A stretch of DNA of 64,000 bases from an uncultured Actinomycetes bacterium (GCA_963730825.1 CAVSTQ010000029.1:3771-67770), one strand, 5' to 3'; shown: positions 30,789-42,105, numbered from the stretch's first letter. The notes: generated from the letters alone by a model not told the origin. Numbers and translations are program-made.

Positions 30789-31963
30789 TGGCCAAGCTCC
30801 TTCGGTGCGTCCAGGTTCAGATCGGAGAGAATGCCGTTGAAGCGGTTCTTGACCGCGTCCAGCGCGTCTTCGAAGCGCAGCGGCTTGTGGTCGGGCTGCG
30901 ACCACAACGGCTGCAGCGTCCTGGCGGCGGCCAGCGACCGGCTGGTCCAGGTCGACAGCCAGCCCTGGAGCAGGCCCTTGTTGTGGTCGGCGAACTCGCG
31001 GTCGTTGGTGAGCAGGTGGAACAGGGGGACGGTGTAGCGCAGGTCGCGCTCGGCGAAGTCGTACTCCTCGGCGCCGACCAGCGTCGGGGTCACGAAGTCA
31101 CCGTTACGCGGGGCGGCCTGCATCACGAGCTGGCTGCGGAACAGCTCGCCGACCAGCGGCTCGAAGACGACGTTGGCGGCGAAGATGGCCTCGCACCAGT
31201 CGTCGATCCCGGTCAGCTGCTCGGCCACCTCGTGGACGCCCTGCCAGGCCGGGTCGTTGTTCCAGGCCTCCAGGTGCGCGGCCCCGTCGAAGCCCTCGAT
31301 CTCCTCGGTCAGCGTCAGGTTGTACAGCGCCAGGTCCTGGGCCGCCCGGATCCGGTGCATGCTGTTCACCGAGATCGCGTTGTTGTGCATGTTGGTGGGG
31401 GCCCGCCGGTTGGCGTTGGCGAACAAGTAAAGGCCGAGCCCGTGGTCCACGTGCATCCACGCGCCGACGTGCGACTCCACGAACCTGACCCAGTTCGGGT
31501 TCCACTGGGCGAAGGCCTTGGACTGCCTGGCCACGTCGACGTTCTGGTTGAGCTGCCTGACCACGTTGGAGTTGTACCGGTAGAAGGTGAGTTCCCACTC
31601 CTCGTTCGGGTCGCGGAACTCGTGCCAGCCGGTGGCGGGCCAGTCGTAGCCCTTGCCGCCGGACCCGGGGTAGCGCTCGGGCTCGGGCCGGTCGCTGCCC
31701 CAGGCCTTCAGGGCGGTCCAGTCCAGCGGGTAGCCGCCGCGCCCGTCGGAGAATCCGTACAGCCAGCCCTGGGCCAGGTAGTGCCGGGGGTCGGGCTGGA
31801 CTTCAACGGTGACGTCCTCGTACCTGGACTGCTTGCGCTTGGCCGGGGTGTAGTAGTTGAAGTCCCGCTTAGTGGAGCTCGGGAAGGTCTTGGCGCCGGC
31901 CTCCGCGTCGGTGAAATGCGGCTTCGGGACACTGCGCTCGGCGTTCTCATGCGTCTCTGTCAT
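30785..31963 (-). CDS. mimC: di-iron monooxygenase hydroxylase small (beta) subunit
   Basis: 392 aa starting MTETHENAE. Third position in the operon. The RBS overlaps the reductase stop. Confidence 0.85.
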   Translation of the reverse strand: MTETHENAERSVPKPHFTDAEAGAKTFPSSTKRDFNYYTPAKRKQSRYEDVTVEVQPDPRHYLAQGWLYGFSDGRGGYPLDWTALKAWGSDRPEPERYPGSGGKGYDWPATGWHEFRDPNEEWELTFYRYNSNVVRQLNQNVDVARQSKAFAQWNPNWVRFVESHVGAWMHVDHGLGLYLFANANRRAPTNMHNNAISVNSMHRIRAAQDLALYNLTLTEEIEGFDGAAHLEAWNNDPAWQGVHEVAEQLTGIDDWCEAIFAANVVFEPLVGELFRSQLVMQAAPRNGDFVTPTLVGAEEYDFAERDLRYTVPLFHLLTNDREFADHNKGLLQGWLSTWTSRSLAAARTLQPLWSQPDHKPLRFEDALDAVKNRFNGILSDLNLDAPKELGQ

Positions 31964-31967
31964 GATC

Positions 31968-33011
31968 TCACTCCTGCGGGTTACCGGTAGTGGTGAACTT
32001 GTCGAAGTAGATACGCTTTTCCTCCACGCCCAGCGTGGCGAGCAGCGGAAGCGCCGCCTCCACCATGGGCGGCGGCCCGCAGACGTAGGCGTGTGCCCCG
32101 CGCAGGTCGCTGGCGTGCCGCTTGACCACATCGGTGATCAGGCCGGTCTCGCCATCCCACTCCTCGTTGTTCCCGGGCTCGGACAGCGCCGGGATGTAGC
32201 GGAAGTCAGGCAGCTTGTTCTCGAGCTCGCGCAGCTCGGCCTCAAAGCACAGATCCTGGGCGGTCCGGGCGCCGTAGAAGAAGGTGGCCTTGCGGTTCAG
32301 GCCGCGCTCGGCCAGCGTCCGCAGCAGCGCCAGGATCGGCGCCATGCCCGCGCCGCCGCCGACGAAGACCAGGTCGTTCTCTCCCTCGCGCAGGGTGAAC
32401 ACGCCAAACGGCCCGGTGATATCCAGCCGGTCGCCCTCGGCCAGCGTCTGGGCGAGGAACTCGGAGAAGTGCCCGTCCGGGTAGACCTTGATGACAAACT
32501 CGAGCAGTCCGCTCTCCCGGCTCGAGGTGTTCGCCATGGAGAAGGACCGCACCTCGTCGGTGCCGGGAATGGCGATGTCCATGTACTGGCCGGGGAAGAA
32601 CTTGATCTCGTCCGGCTCGACCATCCGCAGCACCAGGTGCCGCATGTCGTGGGTGACCGGGTCCTTGGATACCACCTCCGCCACGCCCTGGGTGATCGGC
32701 AGGCCGGAATGGATCATTTCCTCGTCGTAGTTGAGCAGCTCGATGGTGAGGTCTTCGTAGGCGTGGGCCCGGCACAGCAGCGTGTAGCCCTCTTCAAGCT
32801 CGTAATCAGGCAACGCGAACGTGGAGTACTTGTCGTGCTCGACTTCGTCGCCCTCGAGGATGAATGACTTGCAGGAGGCGCACTGCCCTTCCTTGCAGCC
32901 GTGCATCAGCATGATGCCCTGCTCGGCCGCGGCCCGCAGGATGTTCTGGTCCTCGTCTACCTCGATTTCGATGCCCACAGGCTCGAACCGAACGACGTGC
33001 TTATCGCCCAT
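31968..33011 (-). CDS. mimB: monooxygenase NADH oxidoreductase (2Fe-2S ferredoxin + FNR-like)
   Basis: CKEGQCASCK plant-type ferredoxin motif, RSFSMAN FAD motif and VFVGGGAGMAPIL NAD motif. Confidence 0.9.
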   Translation of the reverse strand: MGDKHVVRFEPVGIEIEVDEDQNILRAAAEQGIMLMHGCKEGQCASCKSFILEGDEVEHDKYSTFALPDYELEEGYTLLCRAHAYEDLTIELLNYDEEMIHSGLPITQGVAEVVSKDPVTHDMRHLVLRMVEPDEIKFFPGQYMDIAIPGTDEVRSFSMANTSSRESGLLEFVIKVYPDGHFSEFLAQTLAEGDRLDITGPFGVFTLREGENDLVFVGGGAGMAPILALLRTLAERGLNRKATFFYGARTAQDLCFEAELRELENKLPDFRYIPALSEPGNNEEWDGETGLITDVVKRHASDLRGAHAYVCGPPPMVEAALPLLATLGVEEKRIYFDKFTTTGNPQE

Positions 33012-33103
33012 AACCCCCCTCACGTTCCCTAGCTGGCTGACTGATCACGGCGCACGGAGGGGGCCCCACGAAACCCCGTAAGGCCCCCTCCGCTACCTGC
33101 TAG

Positions 33104-34753
33104 CTAGCTATCCGCCGGAGCCCGGCCGGCCGGGCCCTGCTTGATGTAGTCGGCGTGGAACGCCGCGCGCTGGTCGGGGTTCATCTCGTTGAGCAGCACG
33201 TTCGGGCTCAGCACCTCGCCCATCCGGCGCAGGTGATCCGTGGTCCACATCTTCTTGGGGTCCAGGTTCAGGTGCGGCTGGGCGACGAGCGTCTTGCCGT
33301 CGTCCCGCACGTAACCCATGTCGGTGACGACGTCGGCCCAGTTCCAGCCGTGGTACAGGGTCTCCCATTCGCGCTTGCCGATGAGCTGGCCCATGTTCGG
33401 GGTCTCACGGCCCTGGTAGGTCGGCCGGAACGCCTCGGCGTCCGTCCAGCGGCACTCCTCGTGGCAGTAGGTCCGCCACTGGCCGTCGACCTCGGCCATC
33501 ACCATGTCCTCGCGGACCAGGCACGGGACCATGCAGGTCCAGCACCGGTGCGGGTACACGTAGTCGACGTTCTCGGCCACGATCGGGTGGTGACCGTTCG
33601 GCGTGGACAGGCGGTTGTAGTTCTCCCACCACTTGCCGTACTTGTCGTACCAGCCCGGGTACTTGTACTCGAACCACTCGAAGTCGGTGTCCGTCATCGG
33701 GTCGATCCGCCAGTAGTTGGCGAGCCAGCCGGTGGCGAAGAACTGGGCGACTTCGTGCACGTAGCCCTTGTTCCAGATCTGGTTCCACGCTTCCTCGATG
33801 AGGTCGTGCGGAATGACCAGGCCGTACTTCTCCAGCGGCACGAGGTAGCTGCGGTAGTAGTCGTCGTAGATCCACCGGCGCCACATCTCGGCGTAGGACT
33901 CACGGTCCTTGCGGCGGTCCTTGGTGCCGTACTCGATGAACGTGCCGATGGCGGCGTCCACCACGCGGTGGTTGTTCCACCACGCGTAGCGCAGGTCGCG
34001 CTCGAGCAGCTGGTGGTTGCTCTCATCCGACAGCGCCATCAGCAGCGTGGCGTAGCCGTTGGAGATGTGCCGCGACTCATCCGACTGGACCGAGTGGAAC
34101 ACGGTCGGCAGCAGGAAGTCGCCGTTGGCCGCGGCCTCGGCCGGCATGGCCACGAACAGGGTGTTCGTGAACGCCGTCTCGGCCACGATGGTGAGGTAGA
34201 TGCTCGCCGCGGTGATGGCGTCACCGGTGATGAAGCCCTCGGCGAACTGCCGGCCGATGGTCCCGCAGTAGTCGTTCTGGAAGTTGCGGAGGCTGTTGTT
34301 GAAGCCGGCCGGGTCGATGTAGTTGTTCATGTACAGGCGCTTGAGGTTCTGCTGGATCGTCGAGTGCCGTACCTCGTCGATCATCTGGATCGCCTGGCCG
34401 TTGTGCAGTTCCGGGTTCGGAACCGTGCGGAACAGCAGCGGCATGGCGCGCGCCGCCGAGATTTCTGGCAGCGGGATGATGGACAGGAACAGCTTCTGCC
34501 ATTCCAGCCAGCGCTCCTCCACCTGGCGGAACATGTTGCCGCGGATGGCACCGTCCTGGGCGCCGTATACGCGGTTGTCCTTCTCTTCCTGCATCGGGAA
34601 GTAGGACCGAAGGACCTGCTTCAGCGGGTCCTTCTTCTGGGCCTTGTGGAACGTGTAGTCCGTCCCGTACTGCGACACCGGCTCGTGGTACTGCGGGTCC
34701 CAGGAGAGTTCCTGGATCTTCTGGTGAGCCTTGGCGACACTCTGGCGACTCAT
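33104..34753 (-). CDS. mimA: soluble di-iron monooxygenase hydroxylase large (alpha) subunit
   Basis: MSRQS... start. Di-iron ligand motifs DEVRHS and SDESRHI. Long stretches are recognisable as PrmA/MimA ([28 protein letters not shown]). Confidence 0.92.
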   Translation of the reverse strand: MSRQSVAKAHQKIQELSWDPQYHEPVSQYGTDYTFHKAQKKDPLKQVLRSYFPMQEEKDNRVYGAQDGAIRGNMFRQVEERWLEWQKLFLSIIPLPEISAARAMPLLFRTVPNPELHNGQAIQMIDEVRHSTIQQNLKRLYMNNYIDPAGFNNSLRNFQNDYCGTIGRQFAEGFITGDAITAASIYLTIVAETAFTNTLFVAMPAEAAANGDFLLPTVFHSVQSDESRHISNGYATLLMALSDESNHQLLERDLRYAWWNNHRVVDAAIGTFIEYGTKDRRKDRESYAEMWRRWIYDDYYRSYLVPLEKYGLVIPHDLIEEAWNQIWNKGYVHEVAQFFATGWLANYWRIDPMTDTDFEWFEYKYPGWYDKYGKWWENYNRLSTPNGHHPIVAENVDYVYPHRCWTCMVPCLVREDMVMAEVDGQWRTYCHEECRWTDAEAFRPTYQGRETPNMGQLIGKREWETLYHGWNWADVVTDMGYVRDDGKTLVAQPHLNLDPKKMWTTDHLRRMGEVLSPNVLLNEMNPDQRAAFHADYIKQGPAGRAPADS

Positions 34754-34912
34754 CGTCACCCCTTTCTGGGCGGGTCTCCGGGGTCCGGGGTCATGTCCAC
34801 CCGGGGGGCCCTCACAGTTCGTCCCCTCGGGCTAGCGTGGCCTTGCGGCTGCTTGGGGCTGCCGACGGTCCCGAAAGTCCTTGTGCCCTGCATCACACCC
34901 CGATAGCGGGGG

Positions 34913-35176
34913 TCATGAGCTCTCAACATGAGACACATCGAACGCAGCCCGGAGCTCAGCCAGCTGCTGCTTAACTTGTTCGGAAGCCTGCCGGTTACCT
35001 TCTGCGGCCGGGGTGATGCCCAGCGCACGCAGCAGGTCCGCCGCGGGTGCCCCCGGGTCGCCCGCTTCGCCGAGCACCGGATGAAGGCCCTCGCCGGCCA
35101 GATGATGAAAAACGAGATTGACGATGCTCCAGGGGTTGAATGTCTCTTCGTCCATGCTCTGCTCGTGGGCTGCCAT
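34913..35176 (-). CDS. small hypothetical protein between regulator and alpha subunit
   Basis: 87-aa ORF (MAAHEQSMDEETFNPWSIVNLVFHHLAGEGLHP...) co-oriented with mimA, ending about 150 nt upstream of it. No family recognised. Confidence 0.35.
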   Translation of the reverse strand: MAAHEQSMDEETFNPWSIVNLVFHHLAGEGLHPVLGEAGDPGAPAADLLRALGITPAAEGNRQASEQVKQQLAELRAAFDVSHVESS

Positions 35177-35330
35177 GCGCCCGAGAAAACGCCCTTTGCG
35201 GAAATGTGGCGGTCTCAACTTGAGACAGTGGCTGGCAACGTGGGGTTTACTTTGTAATGGGCGGGTAAACCCGACTCCGATCCGCGCCGGGCTGAGCCTC
35301 CAGCCGGAGATATGTGGTGGGGGAGGCTGT

Positions 35331-37181
35331 ATGGTACGTGCTTCATCGCAGTTGCATGCGGCGAGGGACCGGCTGGCGGACGCCAGGGACAGGTTCCTGG
35401 CGGCCGAATCGGTCGATCCGAGCGTAGTGCGCAAACCGATCCTGGCGTCCTGGTGGCGTTCCAGGCAGTGGAACGTGGCCGCCGATCACATCGAGCTGAA
35501 CTACCTGCGTGACCCCGACCTGGAGACCACGCTGGCCCGCACGGCCGATCCGGTGCTGCGTCATCTGCACGAGCAACTCGACGGCCAGCCCATCAGCATC
35601 GTCTTGACCGACGCGGCGGGCCTGGTGCTGACCCGGCTGACCGCGGATCACGACCTCGAGCGCTACCTGGACGGCGTGAAGCTGGCGCCCGGCTTCAGCT
35701 ACGCCGAGGAGCACGTCGGCACCAACGGCATCGGCACCGCGCTGGAATCCGGCGGCCCGGCCCACGTCTTCGGGCACGAGCACTACGCCGAGCACCTGGA
35801 GCGGCTGGCCTGCGCCGGGGTGCCCATCCACGACCCGGTCTCGGGCAAGACGGTGGGCGTCATCGACCTGACCTGCTGGCGCAAGAACGCCGACCCGCTG
35901 CTGATCTCGCTGGTCAAGTCGACGGCGGACCAGATCACCCAGGCGCTGCTCGCCGCGGGCAGCAGCCGGGACCTGCACCTGCTGCAGGAATACGTGCGGG
36001 CCTGCCGGCGGACCGGCGGCATCGTGCTGGCCCTCGGCAACGACGTCGTCATGCTGAACGACCACGCCCGCCGGGTGCTGGACCCCGGTGACCAGTCCGC
36101 CCTGATCGGTCACGCCACCGAGGCGCTGGCCAGGAACCATCCGGGCGCGGTCACGGTCGACCTGCCCAGCGGCGTGATGGCGAGGATGTTCTGCCGGCGG
36201 ATCGCCGGCGACGGCCCGTTCAGCGACGGCGTGGTCCACGTGAAACTGGTCGCGGCCGCCGCCGTGGTCCCGGAGACGCCCGCGCCGAGGACCGCCATGT
36301 ACCTGCCTGGCCTGGTCGGCAGCGGCGTGCTCTGGCTGCGCGCGTGCCGCGAGGCCGAGGCGCTCTACGATTCCTGCGACTGGATGACGATCGAGGGTGA
36401 GGGCGGGGTCGGCAAGCTGGCCCTGGCCCGCGCCGTGCACCAGCGGCGCAACCCGGCCGCGCCGTTCCATGTGCTCGACGCCGAGTCGGCCTCCCAGGAC
36501 TGGCTGACCAAGGCCCGCCGTGAGCTGCTCGACGGCTCGGGCATGCTGGTGATCCGGCATGTCGACCTGCTCAACGCCCGCCAGCTGCACGCGCTGTCCA
36601 GCGCGCTGCAAGAGGCCAGGAACGGCCAGCGCCCGGAGGGCCACGCCAAGGACGGCCCGGACGAGCTGCGGGTCGCGGTGACGCTGAACCGCAAGCTGGC
36701 CGCGGCCGACCTGACCAGGCTGCTGCGGTTCTTCCAGGGCACGGTGGAGCTTCCGCCGCTCCGGCATCACATCGAGGACCTGCACGAGCTCGTGCCGTTC
36801 TTCCTGGCCCGGCTGAGCCAGCAGGGCCGCCTGACCTGTTCGCCCGAGGCCATGCAGTTGCTGCTGCGGCACAACTGGCCAGGTAACACCGAGCAGCTGT
36901 GGCAGGTGCTCAAGCAGGTCGTGCAGCGCCGCCGGGCTGGCGTGATCATGCCAAAGGACCTGCCCCCCGAGTGCTGGACCGTGAGCCGCCGGCTGCTGTC
37001 CCCGCTGGAGTCGATCGAGCGGGACGCGATCGTGCAGAGCCTGCAGGATCACGACGGCAACAAGGTCCGGGCGGCCGAGGCGCTCGGCATGTCCCGGGCG
37101 ACGATCTACCGCAAGATCCACGAGTACGGGATTGTCACGACGGCCAGCTTAACGGCCGGGAATTCTTTTAAAGAAGACTAA
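35331..37181 (+). CDS. mimR: GAF + AAA+ + Fis-HTH transcriptional activator (AcoR/MimR-like)
   Basis: ATG at 35331 after GGGGGAGG. GAF-like N-half, Walker A in EGEGGVGK, WPGN motif, C-terminal NKVRAAEALGMSRATIYRKI. Divergent from the monooxygenase operon. Confidence 0.85.
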   Translation: MVRASSQLHAARDRLADARDRFLAAESVDPSVVRKPILASWWRSRQWNVAADHIELNYLRDPDLETTLARTADPVLRHLHEQLDGQPISIVLTDAAGLVLTRLTADHDLERYLDGVKLAPGFSYAEEHVGTNGIGTALESGGPAHVFGHEHYAEHLERLACAGVPIHDPVSGKTVGVIDLTCWRKNADPLLISLVKSTADQITQALLAAGSSRDLHLLQEYVRACRRTGGIVLALGNDVVMLNDHARRVLDPGDQSALIGHATEALARNHPGAVTVDLPSGVMARMFCRRIAGDGPFSDGVVHVKLVAAAAVVPETPAPRTAMYLPGLVGSGVLWLRACREAEALYDSCDWMTIEGEGGVGKLALARAVHQRRNPAAPFHVLDAESASQDWLTKARRELLDGSGMLVIRHVDLLNARQLHALSSALQEARNGQRPEGHAKDGPDELRVAVTLNRKLAAADLTRLLRFFQGTVELPPLRHHIEDLHELVPFFLARLSQQGRLTCSPEAMQLLLRHNWPGNTEQLWQVLKQVVQRRRAGVIMPKDLPPECWTVSRRLLSPLESIERDAIVQSLQDHDGNKVRAAEALGMSRATIYRKIHEYGIVTTASLTAGNSFKED

Positions 37182-37387
37182 ATCTCACTAAAGCCTATCC
37201 GGTCGGGAAATCGCCCGTCCGGTACGGTAATCATGTCGTATACGCCGAAAAAGCCCGCCTTTGGCCTGGGCTGATGCCCCGCCGGGAACGACCCCTGGTT
37301 CAAAGTGAGAACACATGTGTCTGGTTGCGGACGTAGGGATGCATTAAGCCCGCAGCCGCGGGGCGCTCTCAACGAAGGGGCGAATGT

Positions 37388-38110
37388 ATGACCACTGTTG
37401 ATGCGACCGCCGACGAATCGGGTCGGTCAGGTACTCTCACCTCGGAAGCCGCCGCGCCGCCGGCGGCCGTGGTCGGGCCGATGGCGGGCGACCCGGCCAT
37501 GCTGGGACTCGGCAGCTTTATCGTCGGCTCGGTGGCGCTGGGCCTGGCGCTGGTCGGCGTGGTACCGGCCGGCGTCCTCGGGGCTCCGCTGGCGGTTATC
37601 CTGGCCGCCACCGCCCTGGGCCTGCTGATGGCCACGATCTGGTGCGCGGCGCTCGGCCAGAGCGCGGTCGCCGCCGTCTTCGGTATCTTCGGCACCTTCT
37701 GGCTGAGCTACGCGGTGCTGGTGCTCGGCCTTGATCACAACTGGTTCGCCATCACCGCGACCGCCGTGCTCGCCACCGTCAAGCTGTTCCTGATCGCCTG
37801 GCTGGTCGCGATCGTCATGCTGACCCTGGCCACGCTGCGGCTGCCGTCGGCGTTCAGCGTGCTGTTCGGGCTGGTCGACCTGGCGCTGCTGCTCCTGCTG
37901 CTCGGCTATGTCGGCGCCTCGGCGGCGGGCGTCCCCTCGGCCGGCCTGATCAAGACCGGCGGCTACGTCGTCCTGCTGTTCGCCGCCCTCGGCGTGTACC
38001 TCTTTTTCGGCGCCGCCTCGGCAGGCACCGGCGGAAAGCCGCTCCCGCTCGGCCGGCCCTTCCTGCACTGGGTCCCTACCATGATCGTGAACAGTTCGGT
38101 CTTTATCTGA
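37388..38110 (+). CDS. GPR1/FUN34/YaaH-family acetate-type transporter
   Basis: DPAMLGLGSF signature (NPAxLGL-like) and six hydrophobic segments, 240 aa. Confidence 0.85.
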   Translation: MTTVDATADESGRSGTLTSEAAAPPAAVVGPMAGDPAMLGLGSFIVGSVALGLALVGVVPAGVLGAPLAVILAATALGLLMATIWCAALGQSAVAAVFGIFGTFWLSYAVLVLGLDHNWFAITATAVLATVKLFLIAWLVAIVMLTLATLRLPSAFSVLFGLVDLALLLLLLGYVGASAAGVPSAGLIKTGGYVVLLFAALGVYLFFGAASAGTGGKPLPLGRPFLHWVPTMIVNSSVFI

Positions 38111-38126
38111 CCCGAACTGTCCACGA

Positions 38127-38989
38127 TCATGGCGTTGCCCTTTGCCCCACCTGCGGGGTGCAAAGGGTGATGCGGGAGAGCTCGATGGGGCGCAGCGAAT
38201 CGGAGCGGTGCCAGAGCGCCGCGGGGATCATGTCCCGCTGGCTGACGTCCCGGACCAGTCGCAGGCCGTGCCGGCCAAGCCGGGCGGCCATCTCCTCAGG
38301 CGCCAGCATGGTGCGCCAGGGTTCGCCCTGGTCGGCGGACGCCTGCCCGACCAGGTCCGCGTAGCTGTCACCCGCGGCGTCCCGCCACCCGGCGGGCAGC
38401 ATGTAGTCGGCCACGATCTGTGAGCCAGCGGCGAAGCCGCCGACCACCGCCAGGGCCGCGTCGATGGCGCTTTCCGTCAGGTACATGGTGACGCCCAGCC
38501 AGCTCACGAAGGCGGGCGCGGCCGCGTCAAAGCCAGCTCGCCGCAGCTCCTCGCCAAACAGGTCCCGGCCAAAATCCACCGGCACAAACGTGACGTGCCC
38601 GGTGTCAGGGAGCACCCGCCGCTTATAGTCCTGAGTGGCCGGGTGGTCGACCTCGAAGACGCGCACCCGGCCGGCCAGCTCGCTGCGGCCGGCGAAGGAA
38701 TCCAGGCCCGCGCCGAGCATGACGTACTGGCCGGTTCCCCGCCGGACGGCGTCGGCAAGCCGGTCCTCGGTGTAACGGCTCCGGCAGGTGACCTGCGCCC
38801 GGGCCCCGGAGAGCACGGATGGGTGCCGTGCGCCCGGTGGTAGTCGATAAACTCGTCGGCCCGCTCGCCGAGCAGCACCTCAGCCAGCGGATCGGCGAAG
38901 ATCACCGGCTCCTCGTCGACGATCAGATGAGCGGCGCGTGCGGCCGCCGCCATGAAGGCGGTCAAACTGGGCTGTCCATCAGCTATCAC
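38127..38989 (-). CDS. class I SAM-dependent methyltransferase (LCMT-like actinobacterial family), frame-broken
   Basis: AAARAAHLIVDEEPVIFADPLA N-terminus, and YVMLGAGLDSF and FEVDHPATQ motifs, in two frames with the switch near 38815. Confidence 0.75.
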
Positions 38990-39080
38990 ACGCGAAAGAT
39001 TACGACCAAGAAACCAAATAATAGCACAAAATAATATTTTAAACAATGGCTAATCAATAACACTTCCACGTCAATGACTC

Positions 39081-39225
39081 TACCCCCATACCCCACCCAG
39101 ACCCGCCAGCCACCACCCAATACCCCATGCCCGCCCCCAGCGACCCCGGTCCCAGCCCACCCCCGTCCTAGTCCACCCCCGGTCCCAGCCCACCCCCGGT
39201 CCCGGCCCGGCCGCCGCAAAAGGGA
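39081..39225 (+). repeat. strand-asymmetric C-rich tract with internal direct repeats
   Basis: Runs of C3-C5 throughout. CCACCCCCGGTCCCAGCCC-like unit repeated. The complementary strand carries many G3+ runs. Confidence 0.8.
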
Positions 39226-39273
39226 AGCATCCCCTTCTCACGGGGGTGGTGCCTGTGGCTGGAGGTGTACCTC

Positions 39274-39357
39274 GTGCTGGTGTGTTCCGAGTCTGAGCCG
39301 GCACGATGGTCCGTTGTGCCGACTCCAGCTGGCATGGTGGGACTTCGTGCCGACTGC
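39274..39357 (-). repeat. dispersed hairpin-rich repeat, copy A (inverted relative to copy B at 57556-57630)
   Basis: Shares blocks GTGCTGGTGTGT, AGCCGGCACGATGG, TGTGCCG and GGGACTT with the reverse complement of copy B. Confidence 0.7.
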
Positions 39358-39439
39358 GGGCCGGCGGCATCCCGGGCCGGGCAACCAGGACCCAGAAAAC
39401 TGAGGGGCCCGTGGGGTCAGTAGGCCGGGTGAGGCTGGG

Positions 39440-39990
39440 CTCGCGACTTTTGCTGAGCTTTCCGGTGGTCAGCGGATCCATTTCCCAAGACGGCGCGGCG
39501 ATCAGCGGCGGCAGCCGGGACGCTGGCCGCGGTCCAGCCCGTACCCGTCCGCCAGCGCGTGGATCCTGGGCGCGTCGGCGGACGGGTCACCATGACTGTG
39601 CAGCGGCACGAACCCGGTGATCGCGTAGATCACGGCGGGTCAGGCGCGATGACGACCTGCCAGCAGGCTCCGGGCGCGGCTGGAAATCCTCGCTCGCGTC
39701 GTGCGGTTCCCTGACCAGCCCCCCGACCCGGTGCAGCCCGGCCGCGTCGAGCAGGGCCAGGTCCTGCGCCATCGGCCCAGGTACGTATTCCAGCACCTGC
39801 CGTCCCGCCGCGTCCCGGCCGAACGTCCGTGGTGCTCCGCCAAAGCCTGCCTCGTCCAGGTGACCGAGGAGCGCCTCAACCGCCGGAGTCCAGGGCCGCC
39901 GGCTTGCGCGCCGTGTCGCCCATCCGGCCCACCTCCCCGGACACGTCCCCGCCCGCCAGCGGCCACTCCCGCTCACCCCGCTGCTCCATG
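39440..39990 (-). pseudogene. aminoglycoside/phosphotransferase-family protein remnant (frame breaks plus missing kinase core)
   Basis: N-terminus MEQRGEREWPLAGGDVSGEVGRMGDTARKP, then PWTPAVEALLGHLDEAGFGGAPRTFG in another frame. The C-terminal piece ITGFVPLHSHGD...HALADGYGL follows directly, with no HxDxxxxN / IDWD core. Confidence 0.45.
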
Positions 39991-40053
39991 GCATCCCCGC
40001 AGCTCTCAGTCATGCTCCATGGCACTCAATTCTCGCCGTCCGGACCCCGCAGA

Positions 40054-40105
40054 TTGACATGCAGCCTTTTGGCTGCCTATTATAAACACGCAGCCAAAAG
40101 GCTGC
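40054..40105 (+). promoter_or_regulatory. promoter with twin hairpin operators upstream of the SRPBCC/ArsR pair
   Basis: TTGACA (40054-40059), TATTAT (40078-40083, 18-nt spacer), and two 16-mers GCAGCCTTTTGGCTGC (40061-40076) and GCAGCCAAAAGGCTGC (40090-40105). The 16-mers are exact reverse complements of each other. Confidence 0.6.
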
Positions 40106-40158
40106 CTAATTTCTCACTCGCACCGAAGCGAGCAAGGACCCGATCGAAGGAGTACGAC

Positions 40159-40607
40159 ATGGCCGGTATCAGGCACCGCGTGGGCGTCACCGCACCAGCC
40201 GGGCGCATCTACCAGGCGCTGGCGACGCGGGACGGTGTGTCCGGATGGTGGACGCGCGACGTGCGCGGAACCTCGGAAGTAGGCGGGAAGCTTGAGTTCT
40301 ACTTCGGCGGCTCGAGCCGGCCGCGGTGATGGAGGTCACCGATCTTGTTCCCGATCGCCGGGTGGCCTGGCGTTGTGTCGAAGGCCCGGACGAATGGGTC
40401 GGCACCACCGTGACCTTCGATCTGTCCCCGGCCGGGGACGGCGAGACCGCCGTGCTGTTCAGCCACGCCGACTGGCGGGAGGCGAACGAGTTCATGGCTC
40501 ACTGCTCCACCAAGTGGGCGTATTTCATGCTCGGCTTGCGGGCTGGCCTCCAAGGCGGCGTGGCCGCGCCTTACCCCGAGGACATGAAGATCAGCAGCTG
40601 GGGCTAG
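40159..40607 (+). CDS. SRPBCC (AHSA1-like) domain protein, frame-broken
   Basis: RBS GAAGGAG. IYQALATRDGVSGWWT and VTFDLSPAGDGETAVLFSHADW in two frames, with the switch near 40310. Confidence 0.75.
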
Positions 40608-40613
40608 CCGCCG

Positions 40614-41416
40614 TGGATGAGGTCTTCCGGGCGCTGTCCGACCCGAGCCGGCGCCGCTTGCTCGACAGCCTGAACCGCCGCAACGGTCAGAGTCTGCGCG
40701 AGCTATGCGCCGGCCTGGACATGGCCAGGCAGTCGGTCAGCAAGCACCTGGCCATCTTGGCCGACGCCAACCTCGTCACCACCGTCCGGCGCGGGCGGGA
40801 AAAACTCCATTACCTCAACGCCGCCCCGATCAGCGAAATCGCCGAACGCTGGATCAACCATTACGACCAGCCCCGCATCGACGCTCTGTCAGACCTGAAG
40901 AAGGCCCTGGAGGACACTCCGATGACCGCACCGGACAAACCCGATTTTGTCTACACCACGTATATCCGCACCACCCCGGAGCGGCTCTGGCAAGCGCTGA
41001 CCGATCCCGCGTTCACCCGGCGTTACTGGGGCGGCATCGCGTTCGAGTCCGACTGGCAGACCGGATCCGCGTTCACCCTGGAGCTCCGCGGTGGCGTCAA
41101 GATCGCTGACCCGGCTCAGGTTGTGCTCGAGTCCGAGCCCGGCCGGCGGCTGTCCTACACCTGGCACAGCTTCACCCCGGAGTGGGCCGCCAGCTACGGC
41201 GTCAGCGACGAGCACCTGGCCCGGGTTGCCGCCGAGCGCCGGTCAAAGGTCACCTTTGACATCGAACCCGCCGGGGAGATGGTCAAGCTCACCGTCGTGC
41301 ACGACGACTTCGAGCCGGGCAGTGCCGTGCTCGGCGGCATCACAGCAGGCTGGCCGCGCATCTTGTCCGGCCTCAAGACCCTGCTGGAAACCGGCGACAC
41401 GCCCCCCGCGGGCTAG
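40614..41416 (+). CDS. ArsR/SmtB-family HTH regulator fused to an SRPBCC domain
   Basis: FRALSDPSRRRLLDSLN...SVSKHLAILADANLV HTH, followed by the AHSA1-like TTPERLWQALTDPAFTRRYW domain. Confidence 0.85.
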
Positions 41417-41455
41417 CAAGCCCCGCGGGCGACCCGGCTCCGCGGGCGATCCGGT

Positions 41456-42088
<633 letters not shown>

Positions 42089-42105
42089 GTGCACGCCCCC
42101 CGCCG

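Noticed and set aside
34760-34912. Sigma-54 (-24/-12) promoter upstream of mimA, expected for an NtrC-type activator. GGGCACAAGGACTTTCG was inspected on the minus strand.
   Set aside because: The -12 GC element is absent and the spacing is off. Actinobacteria are generally considered to lack sigma-54, so this is a chance resemblance.
37300-37325. ACACATGTGT 10-bp palindrome upstream of the acetate-type transporter as a regulator site.
   Set aside because: It is short, with no second copy near mimA that I could find by eye. That is insufficient evidence.
39074-39403. 109-aa Pro-rich ORF over the C-rich tract.
   Set aside because: The composition is a by-product of C-run DNA. There is no start context, and a similar tract at 57420-57540 is not in a comparable ORF. 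Treated as non-coding repeat.
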